32,000 bases of DNA from Pyrococcus furiosus DSM 3638 (GCF_000007305.1 NC_003413.1:707318-739317), one strand, 5' to 3'. Positions 9,586 through 18,568 are shown, counted from the first letter of the stretch. Notes: generated from the letters alone by a model not told the origin. Numbers and translations: made by a program.

Positions 9586-10110
9586 ATGTACTACCTCCAC
9601 AACGAATTTAGGAAGAAAATTCAGCCGATTGAACCCCTGGTGGAGCTTATAAGGGAGAGGATTCCAAAAAGGGACATTCTCGTAGATTTTGGAGCTGGGA
9701 CGGGATACTTTACTCTTCCCCTTGCGAAGCTCTTCAGAGAAGTCTATGCAATTGATATAAACGCTGAGAGACTGGAATACCTTAGGAAGAGGCTTAAGGA
9801 AGAGGGGATAACGAACGTAAAGCTAATCCTCGGAGATAAACTACCCGACGTGAAGGCTGATCTGATACTACTCTCAAATGTTATCCACGAGCTCCCAGAG
9901 CCCGAAAAATTCCTTAGAGAAGTGGCTGAAAGGGCTGACTATGTCCTCGTGCTCGACTGGAGGAAAACCTCCACTCCCTGGGGGCCGCCGTTGGAGGAGA
10001 GGATAAGCGAAGAGGAAGCGAGGAAAATGATGGAAGAATACTTTATTGTTGAGGTCTTTAACCTCTATCCCTACCACTACTGCCTACTTGGAACCCGTCG
10101 TTTCCGTTAA
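9586..10110 (+). CDS. Class I SAM-dependent methyltransferase
   Basis: ILVDFGAGTGYFTLPLAKLFREVYAIDINAERLEYL motif I and post-I; LLSNVIHELP. Confidence 0.88.
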   Translation: MYYLHNEFRKKIQPIEPLVELIRERIPKRDILVDFGAGTGYFTLPLAKLFREVYAIDINAERLEYLRKRLKEEGITNVKLILGDKLPDVKADLILLSNVIHELPEPEKFLREVAERADYVLVLDWRKTSTPWGPPLEERISEEEARKMMEEYFIVEVFNLYPYHYCLLGTRRFR

Positions 10111-10159
10111 TTTTTTATCTGTTCAGATGGGAAGGGTCCTTCACGTATCTCACACAGAA

Positions 10160-10420
10160 AAAACACCTTCGAGTGGACAAAAAAACCTATAATCACCCTC
10201 TACACCAAACAACACTACGAGCTGAACGGGATCTTCCTACCCTATGCTAAAGCATGCCCCATAGTCAAGGATACTGAGCCATACAAACTCCTATCAAGCT
10301 AAGTCGCACAGCAAACGATGAAAATCGTTGAGAGAAACTCCCGCTACATGCTCAACGAGAGAAAGAAGGGAAACTTTTCCGCGACTTCAGACTGTTTAAT
10401 GTCAGAGGTGTAAGGTTCAG
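10160..10420 (+). other. Coding-like remnants without an intact ORF (possible decayed gene or mobile element)
   Basis: Open short segments TFEWTKKPIITLYTKQHYELNGIFLPYAKACPIVKDTEPYKLLSS* and EKEGKLFRDFRLFNVRGVRFSV in different frames; identity not established. Confidence 0.3.
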
Positions 10421-10685
10421 TGTTTAATTCTGACACTAAGCCGTATTCTGCTTCTAAGGGTGGTCTCTGGTACTAACGCACTCTAGAGACTTCGCGTTGG
10501 AAGAAGTCAAAGCTGTGCTCCGAGCCAAAGTTAAGACCCATAGATCATGAACAGCATCCAGCTGGAAGGGTTGGAGACCCAATGGACATAGCCCACTTTA
10601 GCTGACAACGAAAAAGCTGGCATAATAACTAAAACAAAAAACTATAAAAATATGTTATTGTGTTATATTAAATTATGTGATTTAT

Positions 10686-11429
10686 ATGGGGGACAAGTTC
10701 AAGTCTCTGAAAAGGCTCAACATGATAGCGGGAGTGTTCCACCTGATACAGGGAGTCCTCATACTCCTGCTTTCCAGCGATTTCACCGTTACCATAACCC
10801 GAAACTACCTTAAGTTTGACGAGGCCACGAGGAGCCTCGTGACGGTAACGGAGAACCTCTTTGAGGTCAAGCTGGTGTACCTCATAGCCCTCTTCCCGTT
10901 CCTAACCGCTTTATCCCATCTCGCGGTTTCAACGGTGCTCTTTGAGTCCTACAAGAAGAACCTCTCCAAAGGCATCAATCCCTACCGCTGGGCCGAGTAC
11001 TCAGTGACCTCCTCGATCATGGTGGTCATAATAGCCCTCCTCGTCGGCATCTCGGACATAGGGACTCTCATGCTCATGTTCTCCATCAACGCGGCAATGA
11101 TATTCTTCGGCTACCTCATGGAGCTCCTTAACCAGTACACCGAGAAGGTCAACTGGAGCCCCTTCATCTTCGGCTCCTTCGCGGGGATAATGCCGTGGAT
11201 AGTCATCTTCATGATAATTCTCCGCTCAAACCCGCCGAGCTTCGTGATATGGATATTCGTCAGCATAGCGGTGTTCTTCAACCTCTTCCCGCTCAACATG
11301 GTGCTCCAGTACAAAAAGTGGGGCAAATGGGCGGACTACCTCTACGGAGAGAAGGTTTACATAATACTGAGCTTTGTCTCGAAGACCATACTCGTGTGGC
11401 AGGTCTACGCCGGAACGCTCCAGCCGTGA
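10686..11429 (+). CDS. Heliorhodopsin-like 7-TM protein (ORF also open from GTG at 10677)
   Basis: TM3-like NPYRWAEYSVTSSIMVVIIALLVG with Glu107 (ORF-track numbering), TM7-like GEKVYIILSFVSKTILVWQVYAGTL with Lys236, and His22/His81 in TM1/TM2. GTGAT sits upstream of ATG 10686 and an AT-rich TATA-like box at about 10641-10655. Confidence 0.88.
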   Translation: MGDKFKSLKRLNMIAGVFHLIQGVLILLLSSDFTVTITRNYLKFDEATRSLVTVTENLFEVKLVYLIALFPFLTALSHLAVSTVLFESYKKNLSKGINPYRWAEYSVTSSIMVVIIALLVGISDIGTLMLMFSINAAMIFFGYLMELLNQYTEKVNWSPFIFGSFAGIMPWIVIFMIILRSNPPSFVIWIFVSIAVFFNLFPLNMVLQYKKWGKWADYLYGEKVYIILSFVSKTILVWQVYAGTLQP

Positions 11430-11464
11430 GATTTTTACCCCTTCTTATTTTTGGGTGATTACCG

Positions 11465-11689
11465 ATGGAAGATGAGTACGTTATAAAAGACCTCGACCAG
11501 TTCGTGGAGCTGTGGACGAGCATCTACAACACAGGAGGAAAGCCCGACTGGTCCCACATTCTGCCCTACTACAGCGAGAACATCCACTTCAGGGATAGCA
11601 TACAGGAGATACACGGCATAGAGGAGTTCAAAAAGATGGTGGAAAGACTCACAAAGCGCTCCAAGGAGCTCAAGTTTGTCATAAAGTAA
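11465..11689 (+). CDS. NTF2/SnoaL-like protein, probably truncated
   Basis: DLDQFVELWTSIYNTGGKPDWSHILPYYSENIHFRDSIQEIHGIEEFKKMVERLTKR: N-terminal half of an SnoaL-like domain; 74 aa versus the usual 110-150. Confidence 0.55.
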   Translation: MEDEYVIKDLDQFVELWTSIYNTGGKPDWSHILPYYSENIHFRDSIQEIHGIEEFKKMVERLTKRSKELKFVIK

Positions 11690-12129
11690 TCCTCCTCGGC
11701 CTTGCGTTCGCCCACATGGCGCCAATAAAGGTGGAAAACCCCGACGTGCTTGGCGTCCTCCTTACGGCCCTCCTTTGGGCACCCGCCAACGCCTCAAGCG
11801 AGCAGCTCCTCTGGCTCTATATATTCGACTCGTGGGGTCTCTACTCGGAAAAGCCGAAGCTCTCCTACAGACTAATCGGCCTCCTGCTCTTCTCGGCCTA
11901 CGTTAGGATCATACACACCCTGTTCTGGACGAAGTTCCTGCAGGTTGTCGATCCTAAGAGCGTCTTTGGAGTTATCTTCGTGCTCCTCACCACAATATCC
12001 GGCTACCTCCACATTATCGTGTGGCGCAGGTCGGGATAGATGGTGTTCACGTTCATACCCCACCTGCTTCTCAACATCGGCCCGCTCCTTTGGACGGGCT
12101 ATAGCATCCTGCCCTATCTCTGGAGGTGA
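11690..12129 (+). pseudogene. Polytopic membrane protein fragment with no clear start and an in-frame TAG
   Basis: Continuous frame VILLGLAFAHMAPIKVENPDVLGVLLTALLWAP...VVDPKSVFGVIFVLLTTISGYLHIIVWRRSG*MVFTFIPHLLLNIGPLLWTGYSILPYLWR*; TAG at 12037-12039. Confidence 0.5.
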
Positions 12130-12133
12130 TTTT

Positions 12134-12375
12134 ACGTGCCTCTGGTCCCTCCACCCCAAATACCTCGACTCCAAAGGCCTCGTCGCCCTATGGAGGGAGG
12201 GCTTGCTCGCCAAGAAGGTGCTCGAGGGGAAGACGAGGAGCTACAGGAACCATCCCCCAGCTCGAGCGCTTCAAAAACCATCCTGAGCCCCTGAGGGCTA
12301 TAAATGCCTACCTCTACGAGGTGTGGAAGGAGTTGCATAGGGGGCTACCGTTTTGACATTAGGAAGATGAGGAGA
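12134..12375 (+). pseudogene. Pyrimidine-dimer DNA glycosylase (archaeal/bacterial endonuclease V-like) remnant
   Basis: Merging frames gives CLWSLHPKYLDSKGLVALWREGLLAKKVLEGKTRSYRNHPQLERFKNHPEPLRAINAYLYEVWKELHRGYRFDIRKMRR. Two one-base shifts at C5 (12254-12258) and G5 (12340-12344); no canonical start after the GGAGGTGAT site (ACG where ATG is expected). Confidence 0.6.
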
Positions 12376-12390
12376 AGCCTCGTGGAGAAT

Positions 12391-12957
12391 TCAGAGACCT
12401 TCCTCGTTCTCCTTCAGATTTTTCCTCACCTCATCCCTTATCGGCTTTAAAGCCTTCGTGTACTTCTCAAGAGTTTTGAGGAGTCTTTCAACCCTCTCTC
12501 TGTATTTCTCGTCTTTAAGCTCCTCACTCTCAAAGAGATCATCGACGTTGTAAAACAGAACTTGCCCTACGGGGAGCATTTTGTAATTTACTGCCGCTAA
12601 CCTTAACTCTTGGAGAAGTCTTACTCCACCTGTAACTGACGACACTGTGACTATTCCAACAGGTAAGCTCTCATACTCGTCAAATATTGTGTCGAGGAGT
12701 ATCTTGAGCTCTCCTGGATAACTTCCATTATATTCGGGGGCAACTATGGCAAGGGCATCGGCTTCAAGGATTTTTGCCCTATAGCGTTCTATTTCCGGTG
12801 TTACATTCCAGCGGTGGGTATAACAGAGGAGGTAGTCCTTCACATCTATAAGCTCAGCATCCCAACCAAGTTCTTTGGCCTTTTTTGTCAAATATCGAGC
12901 AACTTTCTCACTTTGTCTTCCTTTTCTTGCCGTTCCGAGAATAACTTTGAGCTTCAT
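12391..12957 (-). CDS. NADPH-dependent FMN reductase family protein
   Basis: MKLKVILGTARKGRQSEKVARYLTKKAKELG...ADALAIVAPEYNGSYPGELKILLDTIFDEY. Confidence 0.88.
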   Translation of the reverse strand: MKLKVILGTARKGRQSEKVARYLTKKAKELGWDAELIDVKDYLLCYTHRWNVTPEIERYRAKILEADALAIVAPEYNGSYPGELKILLDTIFDEYESLPVGIVTVSSVTGGVRLLQELRLAAVNYKMLPVGQVLFYNVDDLFESEELKDEKYRERVERLLKTLEKYTKALKPIRDEVRKNLKENEEGL

Positions 12958-13098
12958 GTTATCACCATATGAAATTTCTGATTTTTGAACTTTAAATTTA
13001 TCCTCTCGAAATGAAAAGTTTCGAAATTAAAAACTTTACACTTTGTTAGGACAACCTTTTTAAATTAGGGGAACCTAATTAATGATGGGGTAAACCAA

Positions 13099-13668
13099 AT
13101 GATAAGGGTTGGAGAAGTGGTTCCTGATTTCGAGGCCGATGCTTACTTTCCGGAGAAGGACGAAATAGGAAAGCTCAGGATTTCGGACTACAGAGGCAAA
13201 TGGGTCGTTCTGGCCTTTTATCCAGCGGACTTTACGTTTGTCTGCCCAACGGAGCTTGAGGAGCTCGCTGAGTATTATGAGGAATTCAAGAAGGAAGGAG
13301 CTGAAATAATAAGCGTTTCAACGGACACAGCTTATGTTCACAAAGCTTGGCATGATACTTCACCCGCTATAAAGAAAGTGAGATTTCCGATGCTTGCTGA
13401 TCCTGCTGGAAAGATATGTAGGCTCTTTGGAACATACATTGAAGATGAGGGCATCTCCTGGAGAGCTACCTTCATAATAGATCCTGATGGAAAAGTTGTT
13501 CACATGGAAATGCACGACAACAGCATAGGTAGAAGTGCTAAAGAGATACTCAGAAGGCTTAGGGCCGCTAAATTCGTTCGCGAGAATCCTGGAGTGGTCT
13601 GTCCAGCAAGCTGGGAACCTGGCAAGGAAGCCTTAAAAGTTAGCCTTGATCTTGTTGGGAAAATATGA
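13099..13668 (+). CDS. Peroxiredoxin (AhpC/TSA family)
   Basis: YRGKWVVLAFYPADFTFVCPTELEELAEYYEEF peroxidatic Cys motif and later VVCPASWEPGKE resolving Cys. Confidence 0.93.
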   Translation: MIRVGEVVPDFEADAYFPEKDEIGKLRISDYRGKWVVLAFYPADFTFVCPTELEELAEYYEEFKKEGAEIISVSTDTAYVHKAWHDTSPAIKKVRFPMLADPAGKICRLFGTYIEDEGISWRATFIIDPDGKVVHMEMHDNSIGRSAKEILRRLRAAKFVRENPGVVCPASWEPGKEALKVSLDLVGKI

Positions 13669-14002
13669 TTTTCTTTTCTTATTTCTCTTTATCGCAAAGA
13701 TGTGTACTTCCAAAGGAAAAACTATTTTGGAGCTAATTTTTAGATCTTGTAAAACGATTTTCCTCCCATATTTTCACTTTTGAAAGTATCATTTTTTAGA
13801 ATATTCAAAATTGGGCATTTTGTTTGGATTAAGTTCTGTAGATGTTCGATATTCGAATTTTAAATATTTGACATGTGAAATTTGTAGGTATTTTAAAAGA
13901 AACCTTTGACTGAGTGGCTCAAAATTTCGAATGTGAAATAGTAGCGTTAATAAACTACCCTAATTATTTTAGAATGTCCTAATAAATTTAGGAGGTGCAA
14001 AA

Positions 14003-14839
14003 ATGATAGGACAGTTTCTAATTACATTTAGAGAAGCATTAGAAGCAGCGATAATTGTTGCTATTATAATTGCCTACCTTAAACGTACTGATAGGGAAGA
14101 GCAAATCAGAGACGTATGGATAGGAGTTGGGTTATCGGTACTTGCTAGCGTAGTTCTAGGTGCAATAATCCTTGGACTTTACGGGGGAATTGAAGAGAAG
14201 GAGCTCTTTGAAGGCATTGCCTCTTACTTAGCTGTTATAGTTTTAACAAGCATGATCTACTGGATGGCTACCAAGGGAAGAAACATTAGAGCTGAAATAG
14301 AAAGGAAGGTAAGCAAGGCTATAAATCCTCTTGCCTTAGTGGGGTTTACCTTTATAGTAGTTTTTAGGGAGGGTCTTGAAACTGTGTTATTCCTTACACC
14401 TTTCGCTATCCAGGACTTGGGAGGAACTTTAATGGGACTTGTAAGTGGTATTATAGGTGCTTTGATTTTAGCGTATCTCATCTACGGTGTTGGGATGAGA
14501 ATAAACCTAAGGACGTTCTTCTACTACAGCTCGATACTGCTCGTTTTCGTTGCTGCTGGATTGGCTGGCTATGGAACTCACGAGCTCATTGAGTGGGCCG
14601 AAGAGGAGGGGATGAACCTCGGCTTTATTGAGGAGACAGCCTACAACCTTGGCATTCCTGAGGATAGTGTGTTCCATCACAAGGGAGTTATTGGTTCAAT
14701 CTTTGCAGTACTCTTTGGCTATTCCGTAAAGATGGAATGGGGAAGAGTGATAGTTCAATTCGGGTACTTAATAGTTACCCTATACCTCGTGCTTAGGGCC
14801 TATGGGCAGGAAACTCCAACCGCAAAGGCCGAGAAATGA
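14003..14839 (+). CDS. FTR1-family iron permease
   Basis: Two REx(G/A)LE motifs (TFREALEAAIIVAI and VFREGLETVLFL) in a 7-TM-like 278 aa protein. Confidence 0.9.
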   Translation: MIGQFLITFREALEAAIIVAIIIAYLKRTDREEQIRDVWIGVGLSVLASVVLGAIILGLYGGIEEKELFEGIASYLAVIVLTSMIYWMATKGRNIRAEIERKVSKAINPLALVGFTFIVVFREGLETVLFLTPFAIQDLGGTLMGLVSGIIGALILAYLIYGVGMRINLRTFFYYSSILLVFVAAGLAGYGTHELIEWAEEEGMNLGFIEETAYNLGIPEDSVFHHKGVIGSIFAVLFGYSVKMEWGRVIVQFGYLIVTLYLVLRAYGQETPTAKAEK

Positions 14840-14937
14840 TTGATAATTTCTGAATGAACTCTTTTTCTAGTTTTTTCATTTTGAAATAATAACCCTTATA
14901 GTTTTCTTTTGTAAGAGTTGTTCTGGAGAGTGAAACA

Positions 14938-15522
14938 ATGAAGCTGAAAGCCTTATTTTTATTGCTGGCTTTGGGTAGTTTAATCGTTCCCAGGATAGAG
15001 GCAGAAGAATTTGAGTCATCTAAGGTGCACTTCTACATGTACGGTGCCTACTGGTGTCCCCACTGCCGTAACGTTAAGGAAAGTATAAAGGAACACTTCG
15101 GAGAGGAAACACTAACGTATTATGAAATAGAGGGGGTGGAGCACAACAAAAACAAGTTTGAAGAACTCTATCTGCTAACGGGTATAAGCGGTATTCCTGC
15201 TACGGCTATATTCTATGAGGGGGAAATCTATGCGGTGATAGAGGGAGAATTTGACGTCTCCAAAACATGGCAGATTATAACAGAGGCCAAAAACCAAGGT
15301 GGAGTGATTCTAGTGACCAGCGGTAAAGCATACATTTTGAAATGGGACAGTCAGGAAGTGCAGAAGTTAAAGGAAATCTTTTTGAGTGGAAAAGTGAATG
15401 AAACACAGAAAAAAGCAGAAGAAAAAAGCATATGTGGGCCTGCGAGCGTGCTTCTCCTATCCATGGGTGCGATCTACCTTAGAAAGCGTAATTATTCAAC
15501 AGAAGTGTCCAGTAATGTATAA
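14938..15522 (+). CDS. Secreted thioredoxin-fold protein with CGP-CTERM-like anchor
   Basis: N-terminal signal peptide, MYGAYWCPHCRNVKES active site, C-terminal CGPASVLLLSMGAIYLRKR. Confidence 0.8.
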   Translation: MKLKALFLLLALGSLIVPRIEAEEFESSKVHFYMYGAYWCPHCRNVKESIKEHFGEETLTYYEIEGVEHNKNKFEELYLLTGISGIPATAIFYEGEIYAVIEGEFDVSKTWQIITEAKNQGGVILVTSGKAYILKWDSQEVQKLKEIFLSGKVNETQKKAEEKSICGPASVLLLSMGAIYLRKRNYSTEVSSNV

Positions 15523-15557
15523 AAAGATAAAAACTGATTTATCATTGGTGAGAAAAT

Positions 15558-15950
15558 ATGAATTCAAAAGAATTCAGGAAGATAGCTCTTGTTGGAGCAA
15601 GCAAAAATCCAGCTAAGTATGGTAATATAATTCTAAAAGACCTTCTAAGCAAAGGCTTCGAAGTCCTCCCAGTGAACCCGAACTATGATGAGATTGAAGG
15701 CTTGAAGTGCTACAGAAGCGTGAGGGAGCTTCCGAAGGATGTGGACGTCATCGTCTTCGTTGTCCCACCCAAAGTAGGCTTGCAGGTGGCCAAGGAAGCT
15801 GTTGAAGCAGGCTTCAAAAAACTCTGGTTCCAGCCGGGGGCAGAAAGTGAAGAGATAAGGAGATTCTTAGAGAAAGCTGGAGTTGAGTACAGTTTCGGGA
15901 GATGTATAATGGTAGAAACTAGCAATAAGAAGATTTTTCTGGAGGTATGA
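15558..15950 (+). CDS. CoA-binding protein (Rossmann fold)
   Basis: KIALVGASKNPAKYGNIILKDLLSKGFEVLPVNPNYDEIEGLKCYRSVRELP...VVPPKVG...WFQPGAES. Confidence 0.88.
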   Translation: MNSKEFRKIALVGASKNPAKYGNIILKDLLSKGFEVLPVNPNYDEIEGLKCYRSVRELPKDVDVIVFVVPPKVGLQVAKEAVEAGFKKLWFQPGAESEEIRRFLEKAGVEYSFGRCIMVETSNKKIFLEV

Positions 15951-15953
15951 AAA

Positions 15954-16328
15954 ATGTTCTATTACGTGAGAAAGTTCAAGGAAGATCTTGACTTTTTATG
16001 GGAGCGCTTCAAGAAAAGGCTTGAAGAGGAGGGCTTTCTCATCATAGGGGAGAGAATTCCTGTGGCGATAGTAGAAAGAGAAGACGGCATTGTCGCGGAT
16101 TATCATCTATTGTTTATATGTGACAAAGAACTCGTGGCAGAGCTCGTGAAGATAAATCCAAATATAGGAGCTCTGCTACCCTGTACGGGCTTTGGTTACC
16201 GGAGAGAGGACGGAAACTACCTCGGGGTTACTTTACCCAGTGTGGCGTGGAAGATAGCGGGTGAGGAAGTGGCTGAGCTCATGAAGCCAATGGAAGAGAG
16301 GATCATCAGAATTATTGAGTCGCTGTAA
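15954..16328 (+). CDS. DUF302-family protein (second copy in window)
   Basis: 124 aa; YHLLFICDKELVAELVKINPNIGALLPCTGFGYRREDGNYLGVTLPSV. Confidence 0.7.
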   Translation: MFYYVRKFKEDLDFLWERFKKRLEEEGFLIIGERIPVAIVEREDGIVADYHLLFICDKELVAELVKINPNIGALLPCTGFGYRREDGNYLGVTLPSVAWKIAGEEVAELMKPMEERIIRIIESL

Positions 16329-16412
16329 TTTCAATTTTCAAAGCTTCCTTCCCTTTTTCTTTCCACTTTGGAAAAGGTAAGGACAATAAGCAATTCTCTC
16401 TAATAAATTCTG

Positions 16413-16640
16413 GTGATGCAAATGGTGAAGGCCGTATTGAGGATACCCAACATGAGTTGCCAGCACTGCGTTATGAGGATCAAAAAGGCCATCGAGAGCG
16501 TTGGAGCCAAGGGCGAGGTCAGCCTTGAGAAGAAGACCGCTGTTGTTGAGTTCGAGCCGGAGAAGGTGAGCCTAGACGATATCATTAATGCAATAAAGCG
16601 CTACGGTTACGAGGTCGAGATTGGAGGAGAAGGCTGCTAA
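16413..16640 (+). CDS. Heavy-metal-associated (HMA) domain protein, CopZ-like
   Basis: [23 protein letters not shown]...VEFEPEKVSLDDIINAIKRYGYEVE. Confidence 0.9.
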   Translation: MMQMVKAVLRIPNMSCQHCVMRIKKAIESVGAKGEVSLEKKTAVVEFEPEKVSLDDIINAIKRYGYEVEIGGEGC

Positions 16641-16753
16641 GCCTTTTTAATCTTTTCTGCGTTATGATTGCCTAATGAAACCAGCCAATTCTGGAGAAGC
16701 TTAAAAGAGAGGAGAACAATATCCCATTGGGAGCCTGATGCCGTTTTTATGTT

Positions 16754-17398
16754 TTGATGAAAGTCCTCGAATCTGCACCGAGCAGGTACGATAGGGGGAT
16801 CCGGATCATCACACTGGGGAAGCTCGATGAAGCATACGACCGGCTGACCTCCCGCATAAAGCCCGGCCAAAGGGTTCTTGACGTTGGATGCGGTACGGGG
16901 GCATTAACGCTAAGGGCCGCCCTGAGGGGTGCGAGGGTTAAGGCCATTGATATCAACCCCCAGATGCTTGAAATCGCACGAAAGAGGGTTGAAGAGGCGG
17001 GAGTCACGGGAATGGTCGAGCTGTGCGAGATGGGGGTTGCCGAACTCAACACCGAAGCATCGGAGGGCTACGATGCCGTGATGGCGGGCCTCTGCTTCTC
17101 CGAGCTGACCGAAGATGAGTTAAGCTACGCCCTTAGGGAGATTAAAAGAGTGTTAAAGCCCGGGGCACTCCTCCTTATTGCGGACGAAGCGGTGCCAGAG
17201 AGCCCCGTAAAGAGAGTTCTTTCGTGGCTGATAAGGGCCCCGCTCGCCGTTATCGCCTACCTCCTAATCCAGACCACAACGAGGGCCGTAAAGAACCTGC
17301 CCGAAAAGCTTGGGGAAGAGGGATTCCTGATAGAGTCCGTGAGACGGAGCTTTATGGAAGATTTCGTGGAGATTGTGGCGAGAAAACCCGGGAGATGA
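16754..17398 (+). CDS. Class I SAM-dependent methyltransferase
   Basis: RVLDVGCGTGALTLRAALRGARVKAIDINPQMLEIARKR; ends 3 nt before the HgcAB-like gene. Confidence 0.9.
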   Translation: MMKVLESAPSRYDRGIRIITLGKLDEAYDRLTSRIKPGQRVLDVGCGTGALTLRAALRGARVKAIDINPQMLEIARKRVEEAGVTGMVELCEMGVAELNTEASEGYDAVMAGLCFSELTEDELSYALREIKRVLKPGALLLIADEAVPESPVKRVLSWLIRAPLAVIAYLLIQTTTRAVKNLPEKLGEEGFLIESVRRSFMEDFVEIVARKPGR

Positions 17399-17401
17399 GC
17401 C

Positions 17402-18568
17402 GTGCTCCGCTACATCCTTGTTAACGTTGTGGGAACCCTCCTGCGGGCCTTTCCAATGCCGTGCAGGACGGGACTGGTTAAAATAGGGAACCCCGATGAG
17501 AACTCCCCCGTTTTCCTCACGGGCAACTACTGCGTGACGGTAGAGCGCGTGAGAAGGGTTCTCGAAAGGGAAGGGATTGACTGCTACCTCCTCGTTGCCA
17601 ACAGCAGGGACATCAACGTCTGGTGCTCGGCCGCAGGGGGCCATTTCACCAACCACGACGTCGTATCGGCACTGAAAACGAGCGAGATTGAAAAGCTCGT
17701 GAGGCATAGAAACGTAATACTCCCCCAGCTCGCCGCTGTGGGCATCGAGGCGAGGAAGGTGAGGGAGAAGACAGGGTGGAACGTCATATGGGGGCCCGTC
17801 TATGCCAGGGACATCCCGGAGTTCCTCAGGAACGGCTATAAAAAGACCCCGAAGATGAGAAGGGTGGAGTTTCCCCTCACCCAGCGGGTCGAGATGGCGA
17901 CCATGTGGGCATTTCCCTTTTCGTTGATAGCGGCTTTCATGGCGTTTTTTCTCTGGCGCAGTGCCCTCATTCCGCTGTTCCTCCTCAGCTGGCTGCTGCC
18001 CTACGCAATATTCGTTTCGTTTCCCCTGTACTCCAGGTTCCTGGACTCAAAGAAGAGAGGGCCGGGCGTAAGCAGGTACACAGTCATCTTTGATTTTGGT
18101 AAGATTCCTCTAATTTTCAAGGCGGCGTTTATTCTCCTCCTCGTTGCGTATGGAGCGCTCACTGGAGGGCTTAACCTCGAATTCGTCCTCCGTTGGGGCT
18201 TTGCTTCGCTGCTCATAATACTCATGATAAGCATCGACCTGATGGGGAGCACCCCGGTTTACAAGAGCGGCCTCCATGAAGAGCGCCTTTTGAGGGTTGC
18301 GCTCGACGGTGAGAGGTGCACGGGGTGCGGAGTGTGCGTGGACGTGTGCCCCAGGGCCTGTTATGAGGTCGATGGAGAGAATCACACCGTCATGATGCCG
18401 CGGGCGGACAAATGCGTTCAGTGTGGGGCATGCATCGTCCAGTGCCCCTTTGAGGCTCTCCGCTTTGAAGCCCCAGATGGGAGGGCTATTCCGCCGGAGA
18501 TTGTAAGGAGGTTCAAGCTCAACCTCATGGGGAAGAGGCTCGTGAGGGTGGATGAAGGGAGAGTTTAA
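17402..18568 (+). CDS. Fused HgcA-HgcB-like protein: corrinoid-binding domain, TM region and dicluster ferredoxin domain
   Basis: IGNPDENSPVFLTGNYCVTVERVRRVL; cap-helix-like DINVWCSAAGGHF; HRNVILPQLAAVGIEARKV..GWNVIWGPVYARDIPEFLRNGYKKTPKMRRVEF; TM helices; CTGCGVCVDVCP and CVQCGACIVQCP. Confidence 0.85.
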   Translation: MLRYILVNVVGTLLRAFPMPCRTGLVKIGNPDENSPVFLTGNYCVTVERVRRVLEREGIDCYLLVANSRDINVWCSAAGGHFTNHDVVSALKTSEIEKLVRHRNVILPQLAAVGIEARKVREKTGWNVIWGPVYARDIPEFLRNGYKKTPKMRRVEFPLTQRVEMATMWAFPFSLIAAFMAFFLWRSALIPLFLLSWLLPYAIFVSFPLYSRFLDSKKRGPGVSRYTVIFDFGKIPLIFKAAFILLLVAYGALTGGLNLEFVLRWGFASLLIILMISIDLMGSTPVYKSGLHEERLLRVALDGERCTGCGVCVDVCPRACYEVDGENHTVMMPRADKCVQCGACIVQCPFEALRFEAPDGRAIPPEIVRRFKLNLMGKRLVRVDEGRV

